Shown here piece after piece: positions 21,547 through 32,930 of a stretch of DNA of 64,000 bases (position 1 is the stretch's first letter; each line of letters starts with the position of its first letter). Position numbers and translations under genes: made by a program. A model generated the notes under the pieces. The model was not told the DNA's origin. It saw only the letters and a list, made by a program, of their open reading frames with translations, and did no database searches. The stretch is from Candidatus Eiseniibacteriota bacterium (GTDB lineage Bacteria; Eisenbacteria; RBG-16-71-46; CAIMUX01; VGJL01), in contig CAWBWI010000006.1 in the NCBI GenBank assembly GCA_963792585.1, positions 32,001 to 96,000 of the forward strand, in the 5' to 3' direction.

Positions 21547-24500
21547 ATGGCCGCTCATCCTCGTTCGATTCCGGCACTGGTGTCGATTGCCTGGTTTGCG
21601 TTTCTATGCCCGTTCCTCGGTTGCTCGAGCGACGACGGCGGCACCTCGCCGGATGACTCGACCGCCCCCGCTGCGATCGCCGATCTGATCGTTCAGCAGA
21701 CGGGGACCTCGTCGGTCACGGTCCGATGGTCCGCGCCGGGAGACGATGGCGCGACCGGTCAGGCCGCGACCTACGACCTGCGCTTCATGGCGGGAGAGGC
21801 GTCGGCTTACTCATGGGCCGGCGCGACCGCGGCGGCGGGACTCCCGGCGCCGCAGACCGCGGGCACGACCCAGACCTACACGATCCAGGGGCTCACAGCG
21901 GGCGCGAGGTACACCTTCGCCATCAAGACGGCCGACGAGAAACCGAACTGGTCGGCAATCTCGAACCTCGTGAGCGCGCAGGCTGGAGAGGGGTCGACGG
22001 ATTGCCAGGTCGCACCGACGAGCCTCGACTTCGGCTCCGTCTCCGTCGGGTCGACTGCGGATCGGTCCTTCACGATCACCAATGGCGGAACGCAATCGAT
22101 CTCGGGAACGATCGGCGAATCGTGCGATCCATTCTCGATCGTCTCCGGCGGAGGCGCATTCACCCTGGACGCGGCGGAGACGCGCACAGTGACGGTGCGC
22201 TACGCACCGACAGCGGCGGGCAGCCATAGTTGCACGATCGACACCGGAACCCAGGTTTGCGCCGATGTCTCCTGCAGCGGGACGGCGACGGGGACATCCT
22301 CCGGTTGCACGGTCAGCCCGACGACCCTGATGTTCCCATTCACGGGGGTGAACAACTTTGAGCTGATGACGTTCTACATCACCAACAACAGCGCAACAGA
22401 CATCTCGGGGAGTGTGTCATCGAGCTGCAACACGTTCGAGGTGATGGTGGGCGGCGGCGCGTTCACCCTGCCGGCCGGGCAGCTTCTGATGGTGCTCGTC
22501 CGCTTCCGGCCCTCCGCGGAAGGAATCTATACCTGCACAATCGACACGGGACTCGGCGATTGCGACGATGTCGAGTGCAGCGGCACGTGCGGCGAGCTGC
22601 CGCCCGGGTGCACGGTGAATCCGACCGTCTTGCTCTACCCAGATACGCCGATAGGATCGACCTTCGACCAGGAGTTCACGATTGCAAACGACACCGACGG
22701 ATCGATCTCCGGAAATATCGCCTCCGGGAACTCCACGTTCAGCGTCATCAGTGGGGGCGGACCCTACACGCTGCAACCCGCTGAGATGCTGACAGCGACC
22801 GTCCGCTACGCACCGACCACCCACGGGACCCACACGGGCGTGATCCAGACGGGTCTGCCCTGTCTCGATGTCGGCTGCGCCGGGGCGTCCGTCGAGATCA
22901 ATCAGGACTGCCTCATCTATCCGGTCATCATCCTGAACTACGCGAAACGATTCGTGGGGACCTGGGAGGAGAAGACCTTCTTCATCCAGAATCTGAGCAC
23001 CGGCACCTTGACCGGCACCGTCGGCTCTTGCAGTCCCCCGTTCCAGATCGTCAGCGGAGGCGGTTCCTACTCGCTCGCGTTGGGACAGAGCCACGCCGTC
23101 ACGGTGCGATATGAGCCCACCTCGGCCGGCACCCACGTCTGCGAGGTCGACACCGGTTCGGGATGCACCAACGTTGGCTGCGTCGGGGTCGCCCTGGCGG
23201 CGGACCAGCCGCTCTGCGCGGTCGCGCCCACGTCGCTGACCTTCCCCGAGACAGGGGTGGGATCGACGAGCGATCGGACGTTCACGATCAGCAACAGCGG
23301 CACGGGAATGCTGACCGGATCGGTCCAGGAGGGTTGCGATGTCTACAGCATCCTCTCGGGGGGCGGATCCTACGCGCTCGCTGCGGGCCAGTCGCGCACG
23401 GTGACGGTTCGCTACACACCAACCTCGGCGGGACACCATACCTGCACGATCGAAACCGGCGCGAGCCTCTGCTCGGATGTCGATTGCGACGGAACGGCGA
23501 CGGGAGGATCCGCGGATTGCCAGGTCATTCCGACGGCTCTGGATTTCGGCGAGACCCAAGTGGGTGGGGTGAACCGGCGGAGCTTCAATATCTACAACGA
23601 CGGATCGCAAACATTTACGGGTTCGGTGTTGAGCTCTTGCGATGACTTCACCTTCATCACTGGGGGCGGTCCGTATTCCCTCGGCGCAGGAGAGTCACGG
23701 CTGGTCACCGTCCAGTTCGCGCCCACGGCGCCGGGCGAGGCGACCTGCGACATCACCACGGGGACATTCTGCACGCCGGTGCATTGCACCGGTACGGGGA
23801 TCCAGGACAACTCCGAGTGCACGATCGATACCGAGGGCGGCCTCGCCTTCGGCCAAGTCCTGGTCGGCGAGCAGAGCGAGCTTTCCTTCACGATCACCAA
23901 CACAGGGACGGGCGCGCTGAACGGGACGATCGCCCCGGATTGCCCGCCGTTTGTCATCGCGGATGGGTGGGGGCTCCTACTCGCTCGGGCCGTCCGAGTC
24001 GCGCACCGTCACCGTGCGATTCGCTCCGCAGGAGGTCGGGGAGTACACCTGCTCCATCCTCACCGGCTCTTCCTGCCCCAGTGTGGTCTGCACCGGCACC
24101 GGCATGGGGGTCCCGCCCGAGGACATGGTCCTGGTCCCCGCGGGGTCGTTCACCATGGGAAGCGATGAGGAGGAGGGCGGTACCGCGGAGATGCCGGAGC
24201 ACTCCCCGGACCTTTCTGCGTACTACATCGACACGTACGAGGTGACGAATGTGAAGTACGCCGAGGCGCTGAACTGGGCGATTGAACGAAACCTCATCGA
24301 AGTCACCGGCGACAGCGAGCCCAACGGGATCGTCTGGAACGGGCCCGGGACCGCCGGCGAGGCGTTCCTCTACATGGACGCCGAGTCGAATGAAAACAAC
24401 CAGTGCAGGGTCACATGGGACGGATCCGCGTTCGGCGTGGACTCGGGTTGGGACAACCACCCCGTTGTCTGGGTGACCTGGTACGGCGCCGCGGCCTACT

Positions 24501-25000
24501 GCAACTGGCGCAGTGGGATGGCGGGAAGAACCATGTGCTATGACTGGGACACCTGGGAGTGCAACTTCTCCGCGAACGGATATCGCCTGCCGACCGAGGC
24601 GGAGTGGGAGAAGGCGGCCCGCGGATCCACCGACGAGCGCACCTACCCCTGGGGCGAAGGGATCGACTGCACTCGATGCAATTACAGCCCCGACATCGAT
24701 CTTTGCATCTACTACACCGCGGCTGTCGACGATCCGACCTACGCCGACGATGTCTCTCCGTTCGGGGCCTGGCAGATGGCGGGGAACGTCTGGGAATGGT
24801 GCAATGACTGGTCCAGCGACGAGTATTACGCCAGTAGCCCGGTGAACGACCCAACGGGACCCGTCTCGGGCGCATTTCGCGTCTCCCGCGGCGGCAGCTG
24901 GTGGGATGGCGAGTACCATTCGCGGTGCGCAAACCGTGGGTGGGACAGTCCCGCCGACTTCTACGACCGCCTCGGATTCCGCATAGTCCGAAGACCGTAA
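21547..25000 (+). CDS. Lipoprotein: FN3-like + seven Cys-rich Ig-like (ASH/choice-of-anchor D-like) repeats + FGE-sulfatase (SUMF1) domain; one frameshift near 23965
   Basis: Lipobox FLGC; repeats C.V.PT.L.F...FTI.N...C....SGGG.Y.L....VTVRY.P. The second ORF continues the seventh repeat, then YRLPTEAEWEKAARG, MAGNVWEW and RGGSW...GFR. Confidence 0.85.
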
Positions 25001-25024
25001 TCTACGAGTCTCTGGATTCTCCAT

Positions 25025-25067
25025 GGGGGTGGTGGGTGGTCGAGAGCACCCGCCACCCCCGTTTGTT
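25025..25067 (+). terminator. Rho-independent terminator
   Basis: GGGGGTGGTGGGTG-GTCGAGAG-CACCCGCCACCCCC followed by GTTTGTT, ~25 nt after the stop. Confidence 0.7.
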
Positions 25068-25159
25068 GAATTTCAGTCTCCGCCCGCCTCCGTGGCCGAC
25101 GCGTGTTAGAATGGCGCCGTTTTGGAGTATTCATTGGGGTCGGCAAAGGAGGGCGGATC

Positions 25160-27442
25160 ATGAACGGAACCTGGACCGCGCGCACGTGGCTGGGGTTGGC
25201 CCTGCTCACCATGTTCTTCGCCGGGGTCGCGATCGGTCAGGGCGCGCGCCCAACGGAACTCCAGAACGGCAACTTCGAAGCGGGACAGCCCGACGCGGTT
25301 CCGCCGGGGTGGAAGGTCACCACGTCCGCAACACGCGGATTCCTGAGCCGGAGCGAACCGGCGCAGGGAGAGAAGTGCGCCGTCCTCATGCGCGAGGGCA
25401 CGCCCGGCGCCGACGATTTCGGCAATCTGATGCAGGTCCTGGATGCAACCCCCTACCGAGGGAAGCGCGTCCGGTTCTCCGCGCAGGTCAAGCACTCCGG
25501 CGAACCCGGACAGGCGCAGCTCTGGTTCCGGGTCGATCGCCCGAACTTGACGCAGGGGTTCTTCGACAACATGGGCGACCGGCCGATAACGTCGGATCAA
25601 TGGAAGCGGTACGAAATCGTCGGGGACGTGGCGGAGGATGCCGTCACCCTCAATTTCGGGATGATCCTCATGGGCGGCGGAGAAGCTGTGATCGACGACG
25701 CCGAACTCAGCGTGGCGAAGCCGGCCCCCGTGGCGAATGTCCCACCACGCGCGCTGAGCGACCGGGGACTGGTGAACCTCGTGGCCTTCACGCGGCTCTT
25801 CGGCTATGTCCGTCACTTCCATCCGACCGATGAGGCACTCGCGGCGGACTGGACCCAGCTGGCAATGGCCGGCGCCGAGCAGGCGGAAGGAGCAACGGAC
25901 GCGCCGGCGCTCGCAAAGGTGTTGAACGACCTCTTCGGCGGGGTCGCGCCTTCGGTCCGAATCTCCGCGCTGGCCGGCTTCGGGCCGCTTTCGATCCCTC
26001 CCGGATCGACCCATTGGGTCTCTTGGCGCCACCGCGGCTACGGCCAGGGTCAAACCGGGGGCCAAGGCTTCTCTCTCTACTCATCGACCGTCGTGCGGGA
26101 ACTGATCGAGACGGACGACTCCAAGCGTGAAGGGACCAAGCCGGGTACCACGATGGAGGTGGATCTGGGCGGCGGCGTCTGGGCCTCGGTTCCGATCGGA
26201 ACCTACGCGGACGACAAGCGGACCCTTCCCCAGGCGATTGGAACGATCCCGACCGTGCAGCGGCCGGAGGGTTGGGAGCCGATCGGCGATGATCGGACGA
26301 CCCGGATGGCTGCCGTCGTCATCGCATGGAACATCCTTCAACATTTCTATCCCTACTTCGACGTCGTGCAGACCGACTGGTCCGGCGCGCTCGAGGAATC
26401 ACTCCGGCGGGCGGCCACGGATCCGGATGCGAAGGCCTTCCAGATCACCCTGGAGAAGATGGGCGCGGCACTGCACGACGGGCACACCCGCGTAACTGGA
26501 CCGCTCGTGCGCAACTTTCGGCCGCCTTTGACCTGGGCTTGGGTCGGAGAGGATCTGGTGATCACCCAGGCTCCGGGCGACTCGGTGTCATCCGGGATCG
26601 AGCGTGGAGACGTAGCGGTGTCCATCGACGGCCATTCGATCGCGGAGATCTATGCGGATGTGTCCTCCCGAATCTCGGCCGCCACCGAGCAGTGGCGAAG
26701 GTATCGCGCCCTCGACGCGATCGGAGCTTCGGAGAACGCCGGCGCCGTCACGCTGGTCGTTCGGCACGCGGATGGCACGACCGAATCGCTTCGAGTCCCT
26801 CTGGCGCCTCGGATCAGCGCAACGGACGAGCCGAAACCCGCGAATGGGACGGAACTGGCGCCGGGCGTCTTCTACTTCGATCTCAATGGCGCCAAGACCG
26901 AGACCCTGGAGCCGTTCCTGGCCACGTTCGCCTCCGCGAAGGGAGTCGTCTTCGATCAGCGGGGGTATCCCGGCTCGGCTGGCGCGGACCTGCTCCCCTA
27001 CCTTGCCGACAAAGCGATCCAGAGTGCCCACTGGAACGTGCCGATCATCCGGATGCCGGACGGGAAGGACGTCACCTACCAAACGTCCAACTGGGATCTG
27101 GCCCCCAAGAAACCCCACTTCGAGAGCAAGGTCGTCTTCATCACGGACGGACGGGCGATCAGCTATGCCGAGAGCTGTCTTGGCATCATCGAGGCGTACC
27201 ACCTGGGCGAGATCGTGGGCGGGCCGACCGCAGGAACCAACGGCAATGTGATCAGCCTCTCCCTGCCCGGACGGTACAAGATCACCTATACCGGGATGCA
27301 GGTGATCAAGCAGGACGGGAGCGTGCACCATGGGGTCGGGATCCAGCCGACCGTTTCCGTCTCCCGGACCATTCAGGGCATTCGTGAGGGGAAGGACGAG
27401 CTTCTCGAAAGGGCGGTCCAGGTGGCTTCCGGGGTCAAGTGA
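25160..27442 (+). CDS. Secreted S41-family peptidase with N-terminal beta-sandwich domain
   Basis: Signal peptide; FDQRGYPG, AISYAE, TAGTNG, HGVGIQP; GGAGG RBS before ATG 25160. Confidence 0.85.
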   Translation: MNGTWTARTWLGLALLTMFFAGVAIGQGARPTELQNGNFEAGQPDAVPPGWKVTTSATRGFLSRSEPAQGEKCAVLMREGTPGADDFGNLMQVLDATPYRGKRVRFSAQVKHSGEPGQAQLWFRVDRPNLTQGFFDNMGDRPITSDQWKRYEIVGDVAEDAVTLNFGMILMGGGEAVIDDAELSVAKPAPVANVPPRALSDRGLVNLVAFTRLFGYVRHFHPTDEALAADWTQLAMAGAEQAEGATDAPALAKVLNDLFGGVAPSVRISALAGFGPLSIPPGSTHWVSWRHRGYGQGQTGGQGFSLYSSTVVRELIETDDSKREGTKPGTTMEVDLGGGVWASVPIGTYADDKRTLPQAIGTIPTVQRPEGWEPIGDDRTTRMAAVVIAWNILQHFYPYFDVVQTDWSGALEESLRRAATDPDAKAFQITLEKMGAALHDGHTRVTGPLVRNFRPPLTWAWVGEDLVITQAPGDSVSSGIERGDVAVSIDGHSIAEIYADVSSRISAATEQWRRYRALDAIGASENAGAVTLVVRHADGTTESLRVPLAPRISATDEPKPANGTELAPGVFYFDLNGAKTETLEPFLATFASAKGVVFDQRGYPGSAGADLLPYLADKAIQSAHWNVPIIRMPDGKDVTYQTSNWDLAPKKPHFESKVVFITDGRAISYAESCLGIIEAYHLGEIVGGPTAGTNGNVISLSLPGRYKITYTGMQVIKQDGSVHHGVGIQPTVSVSRTIQGIREGKDELLERAVQVASGVK

Positions 27443-27539
27443 CGCTCGCGCCTCCAGCGTCCGGTCGCGTCTTTCGCTCATGGAATCCCGCCGCGGACCA
27501 TTCTAGCACCAGGAAACCCACGGGGTTGCCGATATGTAG

Positions 27540-27962
27540 ATGAGGGGTGGCCGCCGAGCGGAGGTCTCCGTCACCTTTGGCGGCCCCGGGGGAAGGGACG
27601 CCCCGCGCGCATGGAGGAACTCGAACGTGCAACGTTCCGGCGAGCCCAATCGCGGACCACGAATGACCGTCGTGAATGGAACCGGCGGGGAGCGCCCGCA
27701 ACCGCCCGCGCACGGGAGGGTCGCGCCCTCCATCGCCCTCATCGAGCCCATGCTGGTCCATGCGCCCAAGCGCCAGGCCACCGTGTTCCTGCTCTGTCTC
27801 TTCCTCGGCTGGCTGGGATGCCACCGGTACTACGTCGGGAAGCGGGGCACCGGCCGCCTCTACCTCGCGACCGGTGGACTGTGTCTCGTGGGCGTGCTGG
27901 TCGACCTCGCGCTCATCCTGACCGGATCGTTCAAGGACCGCTTCGACCAACCCCTCGTCTGA
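27540..27962 (+). CDS. TM2 domain membrane protein (start uncertain)
   Basis: LLCLFLGWLGCHRYYVGK.GTG.LYL.TGG...VDL.LIL.G.FKD. Confidence 0.8.
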   Translation: MRGGRRAEVSVTFGGPGGRDAPRAWRNSNVQRSGEPNRGPRMTVVNGTGGERPQPPAHGRVAPSIALIEPMLVHAPKRQATVFLLCLFLGWLGCHRYYVGKRGTGRLYLATGGLCLVGVLVDLALILTGSFKDRFDQPLV

Positions 27963-27993
27963 GGCCGCCAGGCCCGACCCGCCGCAATTCCGG

Positions 27994-30591
27994 CTATCGC
28001 CCCACCACCTGAATCTTGCGGCTGTCTACCGGCGCACCATCGAGCTTCAGGACTGCGAGGTAGACGCCCGGCGTGACGCCGTCCGCATTCCAGATCAACT
28101 CGTGCGAGCCCGGGCCGAGCGCTCCCCCGTCCAGGATCGTTACCCGCCGGCCCGTTGCGGCGATGATCTCCACGGAGACGTCCGCCGGACGCGCGAGCGC
28201 GAATCCGAACCGCGCGCGTTCCATGACCGGGTTGGGGTACGGCGGGGCAAGCGCTCCCTCCCCTGCCAGCGGCAGGGTCGTCGTCTCGACGCCGGCCGGA
28301 TTCCAGTCGACGATCGTCACCCAATCGGGGCCCGGCATCGACACCACCGCCCGTTGCGTCGCCGCGTTGTAATCGAAGAACGAAGGTTCCGCGGGCAGAT
28401 CCACATGATCGGCGCCGCGATGGAGACGTCCCGAGAATCCATTCCCGGATGCGGTCAGCACGATGGGGGCGCCGTTCTCATCGAAGAGCACCTTGTCGAG
28501 CGCGGCATAGGCGGTGTAACTCTGTGTGTTGATCAACGCCCCCGTGGCGGGATTCACGTTCACCAGTGTTCGGCTCGTGTAGTTGCCGATGCCGGTCTGG
28601 TTCAGAACCGGATTGTGATCGAGCCGCAGGGCCCCCTGACCGTTGACGAACGTCCCGACAACGGTGGACAACGCTCCATCGATTCGCATCACGGAGTAGC
28701 CGTTCCCGAAGTAGTTCGTGCAAATCGCATATTGCCCGTCCCCGTTGAAGGCGACTTCGAGTGGGAAGTCCCCGACCACGAGATCGGCGACCACGCTGTT
28801 CGTCGTCGTGTCGATCACCTTTATCCGGTCATCGAAGGATGCGGCAACGAGCAGGTACCGGCCGTTCGGACTGATCGCGCTTCCGCTCAGAACTCCGTAA
28901 TTCGCCCACACGACTCCGATTTCGCCGCAGGGGATGCTGGCTACCGGCACGCTCGCCGCTCCCTGCAGCCGGACGACGGTGATCGTGTTTCCCGAGATGT
29001 TCCCGATATAGGCATAGGCGTCGTTCGGGGCGATGACCACCGTACCGGGACGGCTGCCCGTCGGCACGTTCGCCGCGATCGTGTTGGTCGACAGGTCGAT
29101 CACGACTGCGGCGTCTGCGCCGAGCCCCGCGACGACCGCCCACCGCGAGTCGGATGTGATGGCGACGTCCTGCGCGCGCTCTCCGATCGGCAGGATCGCC
29201 TCGACGCTCTTGGTCGCGAGGTTCAAGATGCTCGCGTTGTTCGACAGGACGTTGGTGACGACGGCCTTCGATCCGTCCGGCGCAATCGCCACCCGCCGGG
29301 GGCAGTCCCCTTCGGGGATCGACCCGGTTTCCGACGTCCCCCGGTACATGCCGGCTCCGGGCGTCGTGTAGTCGTAGAAGTAGAGCCCCTCGCGGCGAAT
29401 CGGATCGTGACCGACCGCCCGCAAGCCGACGCGCGATATTGCGCCGAACGCCTGCGCGTTCCCCTCGTGCAGGCCGAGCAACGCCTCGGTTGCAAAGGAG
29501 AGGACGGAGAAGCGGAACTGCCCGCTGATCGCCAGCGAGTGGTCCGGCGATGTTCCGATCCAGAAGGGAGAGTAGGTCGTTGCGAGCGTCGTGAAGTCGT
29601 TCGTCGCGAATCGAACGAAGGCGCTTCGGTTGTTGCTGACGCTCACGAATGCCTTGGAGCCGTCCTGGTTGACGCCGATCTGGTGGGTTGCGCCGAACTG
29701 GTAGCCGGTCAACGACACGCTCGCCGTCTTCGTGTGGGTCGCGACGTCGATCTGGTGGATGACGATGGGGTCCGTCGCGCTGTAGGCACAGAGCTTCTGC
29801 ATGTCGCCGGAGAACTCGACCTGCACGCAGTTCGGAATCCCGCTCACGGTGTGGGTGATCGCCCCCGTTGCCGTGCTGTAGAAGACGACGGCATCCGCCC
29901 AGTCGCCGACCGCGATCTCGCCGCCGTCCGAAGTCAACTCGAAGGGGGTGAAACCGACCGAGTTGCGGCCGTTCTCGCTCCCGAAGGTGAAGACCAGGAG
30001 GAAGACGGGGAAGTTCTCGATCGTGATCCCGTGCGTCAGGGTCACGAGATCGATAGCCTCGCAGGTATTCGCAATGTCGCAGGAGACGTATGCCTTGGTC
30101 CCATCGGGGGAAACGCGGACGACCCACGGCTGCTCTCCCGTGGGGATCACGGCAGCCACCGAATAGTCGTCCAGGTCGATGACGTAGACCTCGTTCGAGA
30201 AGACACAGCTGACGACCGCGTAGTCGTCCGAGACGTCGACGCCGCAGGGATACTGACCGACCGGGATCGTCGCCAGCACCTGCATCGTGGCCCAGTCAAA
30301 GACCGTCACATTGTCGGTCATCCGGTTGGGGAGGATGATGCGCGATCCGTCGCGCGTGAAGACCGGCCATCCCATGGAGTCCCCTTCGGGGGCGATCCCC
30401 GGATCGACACTGGCATCGCTGTACCGGAGAGATCCGAGTGGCATGAAGGACTCGATCGTCTGACCCGGCTGGACCTGGATGACGGTGATCTGCGGATCCG
30501 CGGATGGTCCGGACGGCGTCGCGACGGCGGAGACGGCTGCGCCTCCCGCCAGACAAAGCAACAAGACCAGAGGCGCTGCGAAGAGTCTCAT
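27994..30591 (-). CDS. Secreted YVTN/YncE-type beta-propeller protein with FlgD-Ig/T9SS-like C-terminal domain
   Basis: Signal peptide; repeated IP(V/T/I)G..P..V...PDG..AYV blades; PYPNP...GRRV...PGVY. Confidence 0.85.
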   Translation of the reverse strand: MRLFAAPLVLLLCLAGGAAVSAVATPSGPSADPQITVIQVQPGQTIESFMPLGSLRYSDASVDPGIAPEGDSMGWPVFTRDGSRIILPNRMTDNVTVFDWATMQVLATIPVGQYPCGVDVSDDYAVVSCVFSNEVYVIDLDDYSVAAVIPTGEQPWVVRVSPDGTKAYVSCDIANTCEAIDLVTLTHGITIENFPVFLLVFTFGSENGRNSVGFTPFELTSDGGEIAVGDWADAVVFYSTATGAITHTVSGIPNCVQVEFSGDMQKLCAYSATDPIVIHQIDVATHTKTASVSLTGYQFGATHQIGVNQDGSKAFVSVSNNRSAFVRFATNDFTTLATTYSPFWIGTSPDHSLAISGQFRFSVLSFATEALLGLHEGNAQAFGAISRVGLRAVGHDPIRREGLYFYDYTTPGAGMYRGTSETGSIPEGDCPRRVAIAPDGSKAVVTNVLSNNASILNLATKSVEAILPIGERAQDVAITSDSRWAVVAGLGADAAVVIDLSTNTIAANVPTGSRPGTVVIAPNDAYAYIGNISGNTITVVRLQGAASVPVASIPCGEIGVVWANYGVLSGSAISPNGRYLLVAASFDDRIKVIDTTTNSVVADLVVGDFPLEVAFNGDGQYAICTNYFGNGYSVMRIDGALSTVVGTFVNGQGALRLDHNPVLNQTGIGNYTSRTLVNVNPATGALINTQSYTAYAALDKVLFDENGAPIVLTASGNGFSGRLHRGADHVDLPAEPSFFDYNAATQRAVVSMPGPDWVTIVDWNPAGVETTTLPLAGEGALAPPYPNPVMERARFGFALARPADVSVEIIAATGRRVTILDGGALGPGSHELIWNADGVTPGVYLAVLKLDGAPVDSRKIQVVGR

Positions 30592-30736
30592 CGATGTTCC
30601 CCCTTTGCCGGGAAAGCTGAGGATCGAGGATCGTCCCCAATCGGGCGACGCCCAATTCTAGAGCCGATTGCCCCGCGGATCAACGATCGCGCAATGACGG
30701 CCATGAAGTAAGCTTGTTGTCGTCGGGGGAGGGCAG

Positions 30737-31891
30737 ATGCCGCCAGGTTCTGATTTGCTACGTACGCCGATTCGGCTACTCCACGTCGCCCTGTTGCTGG
30801 CGATCGCAATCGCTTCGTTGGATTGCCGTCAGGAACCACGAAAGGACGGGACGAAGACCGACCAGGCGCGGCCCTCCGAGGTGGCGGACGACGCGCGGCG
30901 CGTGCTCGTCGTGACGAACGCGCAGGACCCCTCGTCCGAGCGGATCGGACGCTACTACGCGAAGCGGCGCAAGATTCCCGTTGACCATCAGCTCGCCATC
31001 TCCGTGTCCGCGGAAGACGAGGTCTCTCTCGATACGTACCGCGCCCGGATCGAGGAGCCGGTGCGGCAGCATCTTCGCGCGAATGGAATCGCCGATGAGG
31101 TGGACTTCATCGTTCTGATCCGCGGCGTGCCCATTCGGATACGTGAGGGAGGCTACTCGGTCGATGCCTTCCTGGCCGCCATGGATCTCGATCTGAAGCC
31201 CATCAGCGATCGCAATCCAGAGAGCTTTCGCCATCCGACCAATCCTTACTTCGGGCAGAACGTCCCCTTCCGGAAACGGGACTTCGGTTTCTACCTGGTG
31301 ACGCGTCTCGACGGTTCCACGGTTGAGGACGCGATGCGCTTGGTCGACTCCTCGCTGGAGTGCCGGCCTAATCGAGGGATCTTCCTCCTGGACGTCGACC
31401 CGAGGTACAAGACCGAAGGCTACGTGAGGATCAACCGGTCGATGCAGGAAGCGGCCCGGATCCTTCGCGCGAAGGGAATGAACGTCACCCTGGAAGAGAC
31501 GGAAGCCTTCGTCGGGGGCGAGGGGGAACTGGCCGGATACTACTCCTGGGGGAGCAATGACGGGAGCTATCGGCGCGAGATCTACCGGTCGAATCGATTC
31601 CTCCCCGGCGCCATCGCGGAGACGGCGGTTTCCACCAGCGCCCGGACCTTCCGATCGGTCGATGGAGGCCAGAGCCTGATCGCGGATCTGATCACCGCCG
31701 GGGTCACGGGGGTGAAGGGGTACGTCTCGGAGCCGCTGACGGCAGCGCTATGCCCGGCCGACCTGCTCTTCGACCGATACACGTCCGGCTACACCTTGGC
31801 CGAGAGCTTCTACATGGCCATCCCGTTCCTCAAGTGGAAGGACATCGTGGTGGGCGATCCGCTTTGTGCGCCATACAGGGGGAAGGGGTGA
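30737..31891 (+). CDS. TIGR03790-like protein (exosortase-associated family)
   Basis: VLVVTN...S..IGRYYA..R.IP, YLVTRLDG, YYSWGSND, FLPGAIAET.VSTSARTF, QSLIADLI..GVTGVKGYVSEP, VGDPL. Confidence 0.85.
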   Translation: MPPGSDLLRTPIRLLHVALLLAIAIASLDCRQEPRKDGTKTDQARPSEVADDARRVLVVTNAQDPSSERIGRYYAKRRKIPVDHQLAISVSAEDEVSLDTYRARIEEPVRQHLRANGIADEVDFIVLIRGVPIRIREGGYSVDAFLAAMDLDLKPISDRNPESFRHPTNPYFGQNVPFRKRDFGFYLVTRLDGSTVEDAMRLVDSSLECRPNRGIFLLDVDPRYKTEGYVRINRSMQEAARILRAKGMNVTLEETEAFVGGEGELAGYYSWGSNDGSYRREIYRSNRFLPGAIAETAVSTSARTFRSVDGGQSLIADLITAGVTGVKGYVSEPLTAALCPADLLFDRYTSGYTLAESFYMAIPFLKWKDIVVGDPLCAPYRGKG

Positions 31892-31946
31892 GGGGGGTGT
31901 TGGGGCTTGGGGATGAGTGGGCGCCGGGTCCACCGTGCAAAGGGAA

Positions 31947-31973
31947 ACCCCGCCCCCTCAGGAGGGGCGGGGT
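31947..31973 (-). terminator. Terminator hairpin after PEP-CTERM gene
   Basis: ACCCCGCCCC-CTCAGGA-GGGGCGGGGT, followed on the minus strand by TTCCCTTT. Confidence 0.6.
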
Positions 31974-32000
31974 GAATCGAGGATCCGGAGCTCGAGTGTG

Positions 32001-32594
32001 CTACGACTTCTTCATCCGGCGACGCCTAATCCCAACCGCCCCGAGTCCCAATAGCAGCAGGGTTGTGAGTGTCGTGGGCTCCGGCACCACACCGGGATCC
32101 CAGTCCTCTCGAGCGAGAGATCGCCCATAGTAGCCCGACCCAATCGCAACCATGGACTTCCCCGAGAATACGAATGCGGAATCCTTCGTGAGAACAAACG
32201 CCTCATTCCAGACACCGTGGCTATAGCTTGTCCAGATCGTGTACAGAGGGTCAGTGGGCGTGTCCGCAAACTTTGCGGTCCAAGCAAGATCACCTTGCGG
32301 GCCGATCGGCGTGCCCGCCATGCCCTGCACAAACGTCGGTGTCGAGTAGGGTACCGTCCAAGAACTCCCTAGGGTCATTCCCGGGATATCAAAATTCTGG
32401 GAGCCGGTAGCCGGAATTATGTCGCCACGAAAAGCGTCCATCGTCAGGAGTCCATCGTTATTCCAGAAGAAGCCGGTCAACGACCAGCTGCCACCGGGTA
32501 CCTCAATCGCGTCTCCAACAAAGAAGGCGCCAGCGGGGTTCGCCAGTACCGATAGCGCGACAACGAGCATGGTGAGACGACACACGGACTTCAT
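32001..32594 (-). CDS. PEP-CTERM sorting domain protein
   Basis: Signal peptide MKSVCRLTMLVVALSVLANPAGA; C-terminus VPEPTTLTTLLLLGLGAVGIRRRRMKKS. Confidence 0.92.
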   Translation of the reverse strand: MKSVCRLTMLVVALSVLANPAGAFFVGDAIEVPGGSWSLTGFFWNNDGLLTMDAFRGDIIPATGSQNFDIPGMTLGSSWTVPYSTPTFVQGMAGTPIGPQGDLAWTAKFADTPTDPLYTIWTSYSHGVWNEAFVLTKDSAFVFSGKSMVAIGSGYYGRSLAREDWDPGVVPEPTTLTTLLLLGLGAVGIRRRRMKKS

Positions 32595-32647
32595 CTTTGG
32601 CCTCCTCTGCCGCAAGGCTGCATGAACCGTCACCAGCGGTTGATCTA

Positions 32648-32663
32648 AGCATGTAACGTGCCA
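32648..32663 (-). promoter_or_regulatory. Sigma-54 (-24/-12) promoter
   Basis: Minus strand TGGCACGTTACATGCT (GG-N10-GC), ~55 nt upstream of the PEP-CTERM ATG. Confidence 0.75.
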
Positions 32664-32758
32664 CCCCCCGAAGACGAGGGGCATGCCTCTAACTCCATTT
32701 ACAAGAGAGAGTTGGACCGAGCCCACAACCTGCGTGGGAGCACCATGGGTCGGACGAT

Positions 32759-32775
32759 TGTCAGGAAGACCGACA
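32759..32775. promoter_or_regulatory. Candidate PrsR enhancer site
   Basis: TGTCAG-GAAGA-CCGACA (TGT-N11-ACA), ~100 bp upstream of the sigma-54 element. Confidence 0.6.
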
Positions 32776-32930
32776 GGAGCAGCTCTCAACAGGAGGTTGA
32801 CTCTGCTAACTCATTGCTATTCATTACATTGTCTTGGATTGAAGAGTGTAGCGCTGGGGCCTCAGCTTGACAGTCTGCTCATGTTCATGGGGCAATCCAC
32901 TGCCCGTACTCCGCCAGGACCCCGGAATTC

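Noticed and set aside
24880..25067. FGE C-terminus plus hairpin as a DGR variable region with the RT at 59.8 kb
   Set aside because: I saw no template repeat in the window, several putative variable codons (TGG, GAG) cannot derive from AAY, and the RT is a broken group II intron type. A remote DGR cannot be excluded.
28102..30711. 869-aa plus-strand ORF (likewise 38188-40152, 12120-13529, 17385-18818, 57263-58576)
   Set aside because: High-GC antisense shadows of well-supported genes, with no motifs of their own.
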